The notes under the pieces were generated by a model that saw only the letters and a list, made by a program, of their open reading frames with translations, had not been told where the DNA came from and did no database searches. From the sequence record CP033547.1: a DNA stretch of 64,000 nt. The stretch is one strand, 5' to 3'. The position numbers were made by a program, and so were the translations under genes. Position 1 is the first letter of the stretch, and each line of letters starts with the position of its first letter. Origin of the DNA: a plasmid. Of this stretch, positions 31,317-42,891 are shown piece by piece.

Positions 31317-32650
31317 TGAACCGTACCGGGTTTGTCGGAGAGTCAATATTCTGAGAGACTACCCCCGATGACAAAATTAAAATACACCCCTGAAATCAGA
31401 GATAGAGCGGTTCAATTATTGATTGAATCTGAAAAAGATTATCCTTCTACTTGGGCTGCAATCACAGCAATTGCGCCTAAGATTGGTTGTACTCCTGAAA
31501 CACTTCGTGCCTGGCATCAAAAGCATTTAGATCAGCAAAATCCAGTTAAAGTACAGCAGCTTTCAGACCAAGAACGTATCAAACAACTCGAACGCGAAAA
31601 TAAAGAAATAAAGAACTGCAACGCACCAATGAGATTCTACGTAAAGCAGCCGCTTTTTTCGCCCAGGCGGAGCTCGACCGCCCACACAAATAATGGTGGA
31701 TTTCATCCATAACAATAAAGATCGATATGGTGTTGATGCGATTTGTAGGATTTTACCGATCGCAGCTTCAACCTATTACCGAACTTTAGATCTCGCTGAC
31801 AATCCAGAACATCGAGCGAAACGAGATCTACATGATGAGTATCATGCTGAACAAATTCAACGAATTTGGAAAGAAAGTTCAGGTCGATATGGTGTGCGTA
31901 AGGTCTGGCAACAATTGAAACGTGAAGGTTATGTTATCGCACGTTGTACAGTTGCTCGATTGATGCAGAAGCTAGGTATACAAGGTGTCTGGCGTGGTAA
32001 GAATAAACAAACCACCCGTAGCCGAGATGATCAAAAACGAGCAGCTGACTTAGTGAAACGGAATTTTAGTGCAGATCAGCCCGACCACCTTACGAAACAG
32101 TGTTTCTCAGGTCACTGATTTTACGTATATTCAAACCCATTCAGGCTGGGTCTATACCGCCTTTATTATTGATGAGTTCTCACGAGCAATTGTTGGATGG
32201 AAAGTATCGACACGGATGAATACAGATATGGTGCTCGATGCATTAGAGCAAGCATTACATGATCGAGGTATACCCAAGAATGTGATTCATCATTCCGACA
32301 GAGGTGTGCAATATCTTTCCATTCGTTATACCAATCGTTTAGAAGCAGCAAATTTACGAGCTTCCAGTCGGTACAACTGGTGATTCATACGATAATGCTT
32401 TGGCTGAAACGGTGAATGGCTTATACAAAACAGAGGTGATTGAATATTTAAAAGCAGATTGGCGTGGTTTAGCAGATGTACAACTTGCGACATTAAACTG
32501 GGTAGATTGGTTCAATAAAGAGCGTGTACATAGTGCACTGGGTTATGTGTCACCTGTTGATTTTTGGAAGCAATGTACTATGATAAAATTAATCCGTTAG
32601 GTCAGGTAGCCTAACTTAAATAAAGTCTCCGACAAACCCGGTACGGTTCA
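31317..32650 (+). mobile_element. IS3-family IS copy 1 (1334 bp; IRs TGAACCGTACCGGGTTTGTCGGAGA), orfA/orfB heavily frameshifted; no TSD
   Basis: Terminal IRs at 31317 and 32622-32650; orfA MTKLKYTPEIRDRAVQLLIESEKDY..., orfB rve-domain fragments. Confidence 0.8.
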
Positions 32651-32710
32651 GGTTGATTTATCCAATAGCCTGCAATTAGTTGAATATTCTTATCTAAATA
32701 TAAAATTTTC

Positions 32711-33890
32711 CTTTGTACACGACAAAAAAAGATAACTCATTGAAATAATGGCATAATACTTGTTTTCTGACGACGAATATGATGACACATTTCAATGAGT
32801 TACATCTCATCTTAAACAAATATCTAAAGTGGAACAAGTCACATGCAAAATGTTTTACACTGATTATGCTTGCATTAATTGTAAAACAGACATGTAATCT
32901 TTCTTCTGCATCTAAAGCCTTACCCATCAAGTGCTTACCACAATCATTTTATCGACGTATACAACGCTTCTTTGCAGATCAGTATTTCGATTATCGTCAA
33001 ATTTCTCAGTTAATTTTCAATATATTTTCATTCGATAAAGTCCAATTAACTTTGGATAGAACCAACTGGAAATGGGGAAAACGAGATATCAATATCTTGA
33101 TGTTAGCCATCGTCTATCGTGGAATAGCGATACCTATTGTTTGGACATTGCTCAATAAACGTGGCAATTCAGATACAAAAGAGCGTATTGCTTTGATTCA
33201 ACGCTTTATCTCCATTTTTGGTAAAGATCGTATTGTGAATGTGTTCGCAGACAGAGAATTTATCGGTGAGAAATGGTTTACATGGTTAATTGAAAATGAC
33301 ATTCACTTCTGTATACGTGTTAAAAAAAACTTTATTGTGACCAATCACTTAGCCAAGAATCATAAAATTAGTGATTTATTTCGTCATCTTCAAGTTGGTC
33401 AAACAGAATGTCGTAAACGACGTATTTGGGTTGGTCGAGTGAAACTGTATATTAGTGCGCTACGATTAGAAGATGGAGAACTTTTACTTGTTGTTTCTCC
33501 TATGTTTAATGCTTCTGCTATTCGTGATTATGCATTACGCTGGGAAATCGAAACCTTATTTAGTTGTCTCAAAGGACGTGGATTCAATCTTGAAAATACT
33601 CGTTTAACAGACCCTAGACGAGTTAAGAAATTGATAGCAGTGCTAGCTATCGGTTTCTGTTGGTGCTATTTAACAGGTGAATGGCAACATGATCGAAAAA
33701 AGCGATAAAAATAAAGAAGCATGGACGACTTTCAATAAGTTTATTTCGCTACGGTTTGGACTATGTTCAAATGGTTATTCTACGTTTGATTGGTTTTGGA
33801 AAAAAAGAAGAATTTAAGAAAGTGCTCGCAATTTTAAGAAAGAAAAAGCCTGATAGAACAAGGGCCCTATGAAATTTGTCGTGTACAGAG
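32711..33890 (+). mobile_element. ISAba1-family IS4 element (1180 bp) with perfect 9-bp TSD AAAATTTTC; inserted at stop codon of integrase gene
   Basis: IRs CTTTGTACACGACAAA / CTCTGTACACGACAAATTTC; TSD 32702-32710 and 33891-33899; Tpase MTHFNELHLILNKYLKWNKSH... Confidence 0.85.
32782..33708 (+). CDS. IS4-family (ISAba1-like) transposase, C-terminal 50 aa in other frame
   Basis: 309-aa ORF; ~85% similar to the ISAba1 copy at 56356. Confidence 0.8.
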   Translation: MTHFNELHLILNKYLKWNKSHAKCFTLIMLALIVKQTCNLSSASKALPIKCLPQSFYRRIQRFFADQYFDYRQISQLIFNIFSFDKVQLTLDRTNWKWGKRDINILMLAIVYRGIAIPIVWTLLNKRGNSDTKERIALIQRFISIFGKDRIVNVFADREFIGEKWFTWLIENDIHFCIRVKKNFIVTNHLAKNHKISDLFRHLQVGQTECRKRRIWVGRVKLYISALRLEDGELLLVVSPMFNASAIRDYALRWEIETLFSCLKGRGFNLENTRLTDPRRVKKLIAVLAIGFCWCYLTGEWQHDRKKR

Positions 33891-33897
33891 AAAATTT

Positions 33898-35097
33898 TCA
33901 CTGAGCAGCACTTAAATAATCTCCCCACCACTGCATCATTTCAGTTCGTTGAATTAAATAATCCGCATGATTATAGCTAGCACGTGTACGATTCTTATCA
34001 ATATGCGAAAGTTGAGCCTCAATCCAATTATCTTGGAACAATCCTGAGTCATTCAAAATAGTACTGAAGGTAGAACGTAATCCATGGGAGGAAAGTTGAT
34101 GTTTTCCATACCCCATCTTACGTATAGCCATATTTAATGTATTAAAATGAATCGGGTGATCCTGCTTTCGCGGACTAGCAAAAATGAATTTTTCACCCAA
34201 TGACCATTGCATCGCATCTTTTAAGATCTCTAACGCCTGATCTGAAAGTGGAACTAAAAAATCTGGAATTTCATGTCCTAGGATAACTTTACGTCGAAAC
34301 TGTTTAATATGTAAGGCTGGAATTCTCCAAATTTTATCTTTTATATCAAAATGATGAGGTTCAGCCATTAACAACTCTGCCCCTCGCACGCCAGTATATA
34401 ATTTAAACATGAGTGCTTTTTTTAATAATGGGATGTGCATCCAACTTTTTTAATTTATGCATAAAATCTGAGATGTCTTCAGCTTTTAAATAAGGATAGT
34501 TCTTCTTGATTTTATTGTTAACAGCAATTTTATTTAAACCATGCGCGATATTATATTCACAATAGCCCATTGCTACAGCATAGTCAAAAATTTGGTTCAA
34601 ATAACTACAAGCTTTTTGACAGGTTCTTTAACTTGACGTGACTCTATTTTTCTAATTATTGAAACTAGGTCATAGCGCTTAATATCTTGAAAAGGGATAT
34701 CCTGAAGAACTGGATAAATATCATGCTGTAAACATTTTTCTGCTAACTGGAGAACACCACAGCGTGGTAAATCATTGAATGCATTTTTAAGTTTGAACTG
34801 TAGCCACTCCTCTGCTACCTGATGAAAAGTAATTAAATTAGAAACAGTTTCATTTTCAAAACAGAAATTATTATCTCTAAAATCATCCCTGACTTGTCGT
34901 GCCTTTTTCAGGGATAAATCAGGATAAAGCCCTAACTGAATTCGGCGGCGTTTCTTGGTTTTTGGATCTGTATATCGATAACTCCAAGACTTCCTTCCAT
35001 TTGGTTCAATTTTTAGACTAAGTCCATCTTCATCCGATAAAAAACAAGTTTTTTCCTTGCAATGAGCTTGGCGAACTTTAATTTCAGTAAGACTCAT
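33898..35097 (-). pseudogene. int: P4-type tyrosine integrase (~400 aa), two frameshifts
   Basis: N-terminal arm-binding ORF, core-binding ORF, catalytic ORF with HGLRSTFST (HxxR) and RASYNHADY (Tyr). Confidence 0.75.
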
Positions 35098-35491
35098 GAG
35101 ATTTGAATGAAACCTATCAATGGACTGATCAAATTAATTATACCAAAATAGAAGGACTTTCATATGATGCGTAGACTACGCATCATATATATTCTGTAAT
35201 ATATTGTTTTATATATTTAATATTTTAAGTATTTGTATTTTAGTAACCATTATAAGTACCACCTCTTCTTTAAGTTCCCAACAACTCACTTTTTCTGTCA
35301 TCAATGTTAAATAAGTCTTGTGCTTTAAATTCTTAGATGACCTCCTCTACCCTTTATTATCATTTTTATAAAAGTAACTATATGTACTCATTAAAATTTG
35401 TAGAGCTCAAAAACAAAAAAGACCGCTATATAGCAGTCTTTTAACTTAATTAAATAATAATTAATTCATTTTCATCATAAGTGCATAAGCA

Positions 35492-35746
35492 TCACGTTTG
35501 TTTTGACGCAATGATTCTATCTCGGACTTCGTCAGCTGTTTTACGAGAGTTGAGGATATACTTTGCTTCCCACTCTGTGAGCCTTTCGAAATCGTACCCG
35601 TAAATCGATTTCCACCATGCTTCAAGATTACCATATACATCCCTCAATTGCTGAAGAGTTTCTTTACTTAGAGCTAATTGTGATGAGTATTGTTTACCCG
35701 TCAGTGCATATGCTCCAATAACTTTATTCGTCCCAGTTGTTTCCAA
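35492..35746 (-). CDS. Hypothetical protein (84 aa)
   Basis: ORF only. Confidence 0.25.
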   Translation of the reverse strand: METTGTNKVIGAYALTGKQYSSQLALSKETLQQLRDVYGNLEAWWKSIYGYDFERLTEWEAKYILNSRKTADEVRDRIIASKQT

Positions 35747-36080
35747 TATGACCTTTTAATGATGGCTAGCATTAAATTTTACACTAAATTTACCGCTAGC
35801 ATCTCTTGGATATTATTTTTCGTATCAGGCAGCACTCTCAAAAGCCGTTTGTTTGGACAGTCCCCATGATCATACACGAGGCAGCTTCAAATACTTATGG
35901 GCCCATCCTATCCAGTTGTATCTTCTTGCATCACATGAATATTGTATACTCATTTTGACTACTTGAAAATTATGGAACAACGTCAATAAAAACAATAACT
36001 CTAGAGTCTTTAGTCGACATTCCTAAAAAGTGAACCGTACCGGGTTTGTCGGAGAGTCAATATTCTGAGAGACTATCCCG

Positions 36081-36398
36081 ATGACAAAATTAAAATATAC
36101 CCCTGAAATCAGAGAAAGAGCGGTTCAATTATTGATTGAATCTGAAAAAGATTATCCTTCTACTTGGGCTGCAATCACAGCAATTGCGCCTAAGATTGGT
36201 TGTACTCCTGAAACACTTCGTGCCTGGCATCAAAAGCATTTAGATCAGCAAAATCCTATTAAAGTACAACAGATATCTGATCAAGAAAAAATGAAGCAAA
36301 TGGAACGTGAAATTAAAGAATTAAAGCGTGCCAATGAAATTCTACGTAAAGCAGCCGCTTTTTTCGCCCAGGCGGAGCTCGACCGCCCACACAAATAA
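36081..36398 (+). CDS. IS3-family transposase OrfA (HTH, leucine zipper)
   Basis: MTKLKYTPEIRERAVQLLIESEKDYPSTWAAITAIAPKIGCTPETLRAWHQKHL... Confidence 0.85.
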   Translation: MTKLKYTPEIRERAVQLLIESEKDYPSTWAAITAIAPKIGCTPETLRAWHQKHLDQQNPIKVQQISDQEKMKQMEREIKELKRANEILRKAAAFFAQAELDRPHK

Positions 36399-37300
36399 TG
36401 GTGGATTTCATCCATAACAATAAAGACTTATATGGTGTTGATGCGATTTGTAGGATTTTACCGATCGCAGCTTCAACCTATTACCGGACTCTAGATCTCT
36501 GCGAAAATCCAGAACATCGAGCAAAGCGAGATTTACATGACTTGCATCATGCTGAGGAGATTAAACGAATTTGGAAGGAAAGTTCAGGTCGGTATGGTGT
36601 ACGTAAAGTCTGGCAAAAACTGAAACGTGAAGGCTATATTATTGCACGCTGTACTGTTGCTCGATTAATGAAAAAGCTAGGTATACAAGGTATTTGGCGA
36701 GGTAAGAACAAACAAACCACCCGTAGTCGAGATGACCAAAAACGAGCACCTGACTTGGTGAAACGGAATTTTAGAGCTGATCAGCCTAATCACTTGTGGG
36801 TTGCTGACTTTACCTATATTCAAACAAATTCAGGCTGGGTCTATACCGCCTTTATTATTGATGTGTTCTCACGAGCAATTGTTGGATGGAAAGTATCTAC
36901 ACGGATGAATACAGATATGGTACTCGATGCACTTGAGCAAGCATTGCACGATCGAGGCATGCCAAAGAATGTGATTCATCATTCCGATAGAGGTGTTCAA
37001 TATCTTTCTATTCGCTATACCAATCGTTTAGAAGCTGCAAATTTACGAGCATCAGTCGGTACAACTGGTGATTCATACGATAATGCTCTGGCTGAAACGG
37101 TGAATGGCTTATACAAAACAGAGGTGATTGAATATCTAAAAGCAGATTGGCAAGGTTTAGCGGATGTACAACTTGCGACACTAAACTGGGTAGATTGGTT
37201 CAATAAAAGCGTGTACACAGTGCACTGGGTTATGTATCGCCTTTTTGAGTTTGAAGCAATGTACTATGATAAGATTAACCCGTTAGGTCAGGTGGCCTAA
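36398..37300 (+). CDS. IS3-family transposase OrfB (rve DDE integrase core), C-terminal frameshift
   Basis: ...HLWVADFTYIQTNSGWVYTAFIIDVFSRAIVGWKVSTRMNTDMVLDALEQAL...HSDRGVQYLS... Confidence 0.85.
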   Translation: MVDFIHNNKDLYGVDAICRILPIAASTYYRTLDLCENPEHRAKRDLHDLHHAEEIKRIWKESSGRYGVRKVWQKLKREGYIIARCTVARLMKKLGIQGIWRGKNKQTTRSRDDQKRAPDLVKRNFRADQPNHLWVADFTYIQTNSGWVYTAFIIDVFSRAIVGWKVSTRMNTDMVLDALEQALHDRGMPKNVIHHSDRGVQYLSIRYTNRLEAANLRASVGTTGDSYDNALAETVNGLYKTEVIEYLKADWQGLADVQLATLNWVDWFNKSVYTVHWVMYRLFEFEAMYYDKINPLGQVA

Positions 37301-37561
37301 CTTAAATAAAAAGTCTCCGACAAACCCGGTACGGTTCAAAGGTAAATTCAACATTTCTTTCCATATCATTTCTTTGTGTCTCTGGATGAACAAAAGAAAC
37401 ATAGCTTATTTCAAAGAATCGGGCTAGGGTTTTTATGCCAATGATTTTGTTCTCTTCATTAGCAATTAAAACATCTAATTCCAGATCAAACTCTTCTAAT
37501 TATTTAATTAAATCTTTAACTTTCATTTTACTATCAACCTCTATGAATTATTTAAAAATTA

Positions 37562-37831
37562 TCACAATGAAACTTGTGAAAAAAAATGGATTTGAACAAA
37601 ATTTTTTAGCAAAAAAAGCATAGCAACCAGAAAAATCTTTCCAGCAATCAACAAAAATATCCCCGTGTGCTTCCAGTTTACAACATTTTGACTACCACAC
37701 TGCCCACAGTAGTAATAATAGCCTTTGATACGGCCACCGCATTCAGGACAATTTTTATGATTAATGAATAAGTTACTCAACGTCTCTTCTCCAAAATTCT
37801 TATTATCAAGTTGTAAGTGAAGATAGCACAC
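37562..37831 (-). CDS. Zinc-ribbon domain protein with C-terminal TM helix
   Basis: CPECGGRIKGYYYYCGQCGSQ four-Cys ribbon; hydrophobic tail. Confidence 0.4.
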   Translation of the reverse strand: MCYLHLQLDNKNFGEETLSNLFINHKNCPECGGRIKGYYYYCGQCGSQNVVNWKHTGIFLLIAGKIFLVAMLFLLKNFVQIHFFSQVSL

Positions 37832-37907
37832 ATTTATAAAAATGTCTTTTTTTAAAACATCAAAAGATGTTATAAAAAGACATTCGCTACTTTAGGATAA
37901 CTTTTAA

Positions 37908-38618
37908 GATGAATTTAAACCTCCTTGATGAAGAATCAATCCAACCTTCTGAACCCACGCCATGTGATTTTTTCAAAGGTGAAAATGCTATCAAAAAGCT
38001 AAACAGTTAGGATTACCTGATCTCGAGTTAGTCAGAAACGCAATTATGATCGGTGATGCTGACTATAGAACAAATACTCACTATAACCGTGCACGCTTTA
38101 TTGCACGATGGGGAAAAATTGGAGAACAGATTGCTTTACTGCTTCGACAATCTGATCCTGCTTGGATATTCCACAATGACAGCCAGCCAAGAATTGAGAA
38201 TACAGTAAAGAAAATACAAATTATCTTTATGAGCGGGAATATTGCATTGGGGTTAGCTGATCAAGTTGTATCAGCACACTGTGAAAAAGGATTAATGACA
38301 TTAAATAATATTAAGGAGAATCAGTCTGCTTATGATGATGAGACAAAATTGAGAACATGGATTTTATACTTTCCTTCAGCATCACATCCAGCCTATAAAG
38401 ACATTGATATCCCAAATATTCCTTTTGAATTTGCATACCCAACTAGCTTCGTACAGGACTTAAAAGCGAAAAAAATTTCAATTTTACCAAGTGACCATAC
38501 TTGCAGAATTGCATTTGAAATAGATAATACAGTTCCTGTAAAAACTGATCCTAAGCCAGTATTGGAACCATCTAATGAAATTAAACCAGATGATTTTGAT
38601 ATTCAGCTTGTAGTTTAA
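37908..38618 (+). pseudogene. Hypothetical protein (~236 aa), frameshift near 38010; upstream partner of HTH-ImmA/IrrE gene
   Basis: MNLNLLDEESIQPSEPTPCDFFKGENAIKK / ...LPDLELVRNAIMIGDADYRTNTHYNRARFIARWGKIGEQ... Confidence 0.4.
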
Positions 38619-38630
38619 TCTGAGGTTAAT

Positions 38631-39736
38631 GTGTTTAATAAAGATCGTTTACGTATTGCTAAAGAATTACGAGGACTTAGCAATACCGATTTCGCAGAAA
38701 AATTGAGTTGCTCTATCTCTAAGGTAAAGCAACTTTTAGACGTGGATAAAGAAATCAATGAAAATGATCAAGATGATATATGCCGTGTATTAAATTTACC
38801 CAAGTCATTCTTTGCAGGTAATGACACACAACCACATGAAACAGACCAAATCTTCTATAGATCGGTTGCTCGTATTAAAGCACAGCATAGAAAAGCTAAT
38901 GAGGCATATACTCTTTTAGCAATAAATATTAACAAGTACTTAAATCAGAAAGTAAAGTTACCTACTTTTCACCGTCCTGATTTAGATATTACTGAGTTTT
39001 TGGGTGAATCTAAGTATGCCGATCACCTAGCGTCAGAGTTGAGAGGTTTATGGGCTTTAGGTAATCAACCTATTAATAACATTGTTTCGTTGTGTGAGCT
39101 AAAGGGAATCCGTGTCTTTAGATTACCGACTGAAATTCGAGAAATTGATGCACTATCTTTTTTTGATGATGAAAGTGGTAGCCCTTTCATATTTCTAAAT
39201 ACATTTAAGTCTGCCGAAAGAGCCCGCTTCGATTGTGCACACGAACTTGGTCATATCGTTATGCATACGCATAACAAAAATTCGTGTCGAGAAAGATAAT
39301 CGTGTTCTCGAAACTGGAAGCAGATCAATTTTCATCTGAATTTTTAATGCCAACAGATGCATTTCTTTCTACTGCTCCACGCTATTTTTCACTAGAAAAT
39401 ATGATTGAATATAAAAAGATTTGGCGAACATCCCTGAAGACTATTAACTATAAAGCTCACAAGCTTGGATTAGTTAGCGATTGGGTTAATCGTAGTAACT
39501 CTATAAAGATCAATTCATTGGGTTACAATATTAATGAACCTGAAGAAACTCATCGAGATGAGAGTTTGATGTTGCCTAAAATTATCTCTGTTTTAGCCTC
39601 ACAACCATCATTTGATAAAAATCAAATGCTTGATGAAATTGGAATCGCTGAAGAAGATTTTAATCAATTAACATTTGATGCCTTAACTAAAGTTGAGCCT
39701 CCTAAGAAAAAACATAAGTTATATATTGTCGAGTAA
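38631..39736 (+). pseudogene. Fused XRE-HTH / ImmA-IrrE (COG2856, DUF955) zinc metallopeptidase, frameshift near 39290
   Basis: N-terminal HTH LRIAKELRGLSNTDFAEKLSCSISKVKQL; HEXXH motif CAHELGHIVMH. Confidence 0.7.
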
Positions 39737-39975
39737 TACAAACCTTCCTTAAAAATAATGCGCCTCACGGCGCACTATTTATGCAAAATCCTGAATAAAT
39801 TTTTATGACTTCACGCCCAACGTAGTTTTGCATCCCATAAGTCATACTGAAAATGTAACTTGCCCCATCATGACTTTTTTCATATAGCCTACTTGAACTG
39901 ACACCATAAATCCCATGTGTTCCATGAAGCATCGTATACAATTTCAGATAAATTCTTTAGTTATGTGATCATACA

Positions 39976-40617
39976 ATGTGCTCAAATTACCTATTTCCAA
40001 GTAAAAGAAATTTGACACTTTTAGGTGTCGATACCAGCCTGTTCAATCTTGAGCTTAAGGACCATGTGTTCCCTTCTTACCATGCCCCGATCATTTTAAA
40101 TGGCTCTGAACATTTGGAACTTGATATAGCAAAGTTTGGCTTGCTCCCGAGCTGGGCAAAAGAGTTGAAATTCAGTAGTCATACCTATAACGCTCGTACC
40201 GAGTCTGTAGCAGATAAGCCCAGTTTTCGACATGCTTGGAAGTACAGCAAGTTTTGCCTTGTGCCTGTACAGGAGTTCTATGAACCCAAATACATCAATG
40301 GCAAACCACACTGGTACACCATCAAGCGTAAAGATGAACAGCCTTTTACAGTTGCTGGTATCTATGACGATGCTGTGATTAATGGCAATAAGGTACGTTC
40401 ATTTTCAATGCTCACCATCAATTCTGATCATCACCCATTCATGAAGCAGTTCCATGCACCGAAGGATGAGAAGCGATCCATCATCGTGATTCCAGAGCAG
40501 TACAGAAAAGACTGGCTAACAGCCGATCATGAACATGCGCATGAATATTTCTTTCAAATGCCCGATGAATTCGTCACATTTCCACGCGATGAGCAGAAAC
40601 AAAACGTCTTATTCTGA
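39976..40617 (+). CDS. yedK: SOS-response associated peptidase (SRAP/YedK family, abasic-site processing protein)
   Basis: N-terminal Cys2 (MCSNY...), ...LLPSWAKE...YNARTESV... conserved SRAP core. Confidence 0.7.
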   Translation: MCSNYLFPSKRNLTLLGVDTSLFNLELKDHVFPSYHAPIILNGSEHLELDIAKFGLLPSWAKELKFSSHTYNARTESVADKPSFRHAWKYSKFCLVPVQEFYEPKYINGKPHWYTIKRKDEQPFTVAGIYDDAVINGNKVRSFSMLTINSDHHPFMKQFHAPKDEKRSIIVIPEQYRKDWLTADHEHAHEYFFQMPDEFVTFPRDEQKQNVLF

Positions 40618-40729
40618 CGCATCCTTGTTTATCCACAACTTTTTTAAATTTGAATTTTAAACGCTGTTAGTAATATCCTATTTAAACAAATTCTACTTCC
40701 AAACACGCCTCGTAGCGTAGGAGTATCTC

Positions 40730-41356
40730 ATGTCTAAGAAGTTGCCTATTTACTTCTCTGACGACGCATGGTCATCTTTACAAGAGCTCATGGGTCCAGA
40801 GGGTAAACCAAGTCCTACCATCAACACCGTGCTTGAACAAATCGCTGTTCAAAATGAGCTTGTTGAAAAATTAGGGCTTACTGCTGTCCTACCCAAATCC
40901 AAAGTATCTATTCCCGTCTCTTTAGAGCGTATTTCTGCAGGTCCGGCCTTCAGCACCAAGGATGAGCAAGACAAAGCACTCGATCTGAATGAGTTCCTGA
41001 TTCACAACCCTATTTCTACTTTTATTGCCTATGTAGACAGTGAATCCATGCTCGATGCTGGCCTAGAGATTAATGATCCAATCATTATTGATCGCAGTAT
41101 TGAAGCCAAGCATTACGATATCGTGGTTGCCCTGATTGATGACAATGCCTCGACCATTAAGCGGCTGATGATCACCAATAAGATGTCCAAGTCTGAAATC
41201 AAAGAAATATTTGGAGATGAAGATTATCCGCTTCCAGAACTTTGGTTGAAGGCTGAAAATTCGAATTACAATCACATCATTCCTGATGATAGTCAGACCA
41301 TATCAATCTGGGGTGTGGTGACTTTTAATTTAAAGCGTATTTATCACCGCTCATAA
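40730..41356 (+). CDS. umuD: UmuD-like S24 peptidase with long N-terminal extension (UmuDAb-like)
   Basis: ...ISAGPAFSTKDEQDKALDLNEFLIHNPISTFIAYVDSESMLDAGLEINDPIIIDRSIEAKHYDIVVALIDDNASTIKRLMI... Confidence 0.8.
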   Translation: MSKKLPIYFSDDAWSSLQELMGPEGKPSPTINTVLEQIAVQNELVEKLGLTAVLPKSKVSIPVSLERISAGPAFSTKDEQDKALDLNEFLIHNPISTFIAYVDSESMLDAGLEINDPIIIDRSIEAKHYDIVVALIDDNASTIKRLMITNKMSKSEIKEIFGDEDYPLPELWLKAENSNYNHIIPDDSQTISIWGVVTFNLKRIYHRS

Positions 41357-41370
41357 AAAGAAGAATAACC

Positions 41371-42668
41371 ATGCAAAGTGAAAATGAAATATTCGCGTTA
41401 GTCGACGTGAATAATTGCTACGTCTCGTGTGAGCGTGTGTTTAATCCTGCCTTGAATGATCGCCCAACCATTGTGCTCAGCAACAATGACGGCTGTGCCG
41501 TGGCCAGAAAGCCAGGAAGCGAAAGACTTAGGCATCAAGATGGGTGTTCCTGTATTCCAAATTAAAGAGCTGATCAAACAACATAACATTCAGGTGCTAT
41601 CCAGTAATTTCTCCTTATATGGCGAAATGTCCAAGCGCTTTATGGAGCTGCTTGGGGACTATGTTGCACCAGGAGATCAAGAGGTCTATTCCATTGATGA
41701 ATGCTTTCTGGAAGCTCACAGCTTACGAGCATCTATTTGACCTGACTGTATATGCTCAAGACATGAGGGCTAAGGCTTGGCGTTGGTTAGGCCTACCCTG
41801 CTGTATTGGAATTGGTCGCTCTAAAACCGAAGCCAAGATTGCCAATCATCTCGCCAAGAAAAACAAGTTCTTCAATGGGGTCTGTAATCTGGCCCATATG
41901 GACCCATGCTCTACAGAAACGCTACTCGCGCAGGTTGATGTGTCTGAGGTTTGGGGCGTAGGCAGACAGAACTGTAAGAAGCTCAATACTATGGGTGTTC
42001 AATCTGTGCTGGATCTGATCAATGCCAATCCTAAAGAAATCAAAAAGCAGTTTAGTATCGTGATGGAAAAGACGGTGCTTGAGCTACAGGGCCTTTCTTG
42101 TATTGACCTTAGTGATGATACTGTAGCGAAGAAGCAAATCATCAGCAGCCGTTCATATGGCAACCCAGTGTATGAAATGGATGACATTAAAGCTTCGGTT
42201 CGGCTTTATGTGGCCAGAGCCGTGAAACGAATGCGGGAAGATGGCTCAATCTGCAAGATGATCGGCGTGTATATCCAAACCAGTCGCTTTGATAAGACAG
42301 AGCGCTACTCGCCTTACATCGTCGTTCAAATGCATGAGCATACGGATGATCTACTGCTCATCACCAAGGCCGCGATGAAAGGCATCGATCAGATATTTAA
42401 GAAAGGCTTTAAGTATAAAAAGGCGGGAATCGTGCTGCTCGAAATTACAGATCAATCCAAGTTTGTGCCCGATCTATTCACGGACTATTCACATAAGCAA
42501 GAGCGAGAAAGGCTTTCAGATGCCATCGAAGCCATCAGTGAACGGTTTGGGAAGAATCTCGTCACGCTAGGCATTGCCAACAATAAAGAAGCCACATGGC
42601 ACATGAATCAAAACCTTAGATCACCTTCGTATTTAACCAAATGGTCTGACTTACCAAGAGTAGGATAA
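41371..42668 (+). pseudogene. umuC: Y-family DNA polymerase V subunit UmuC, two frameshifts
   Basis: MQSENEIFALVDVNNCYVSCERVFNP...; ...KDLGIKMGVPVFQIKELIK...; ...GIGRSKTEAKIANHLAKK... GVGRQ... Confidence 0.8.
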
Positions 42669-42672
42669 AAAC

Positions 42673-42891
42673 ATGCACTTATTTAAATTAACTGACGAAC
42701 AACTCGCACAAATTCTTATCCCGAAACGATTTGTACCACCTACTCCACCTGAACATGAAGGCAAGAATATGGTCTATGTATTTGATAGTGAGGATAAGTT
42801 TGAACTGACTTATGATGAGCTGGTGGAGATCATTAGCAAAGCAAGGATGGCTGGTCCGAAGTTGATACCTGTCTTAGGCACCGTGAATTAA
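42673..42891 (+). CDS. Hypothetical 72-aa protein downstream of umuC
   Basis: ORF only, 4 bp after umuC stop. Confidence 0.3.
   Translation: MHLFKLTDEQLAQILIPKRFVPPTPPEHEGKNMVYVFDSEDKFELTYDELVEIISKARMAGPKLIPVLGTVN

Larger units (their letters stand above)
36031..37338 (+). mobile_element. IS3-family IS copy 2 (1308 bp; ~90% identical to copy 1), possible 3-bp TSD AAG
   Basis: Same IRs as copy 1; orfA 36081..36398 intact, orfB 36398..37300 with C-terminal frameshift. Confidence 0.85.
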
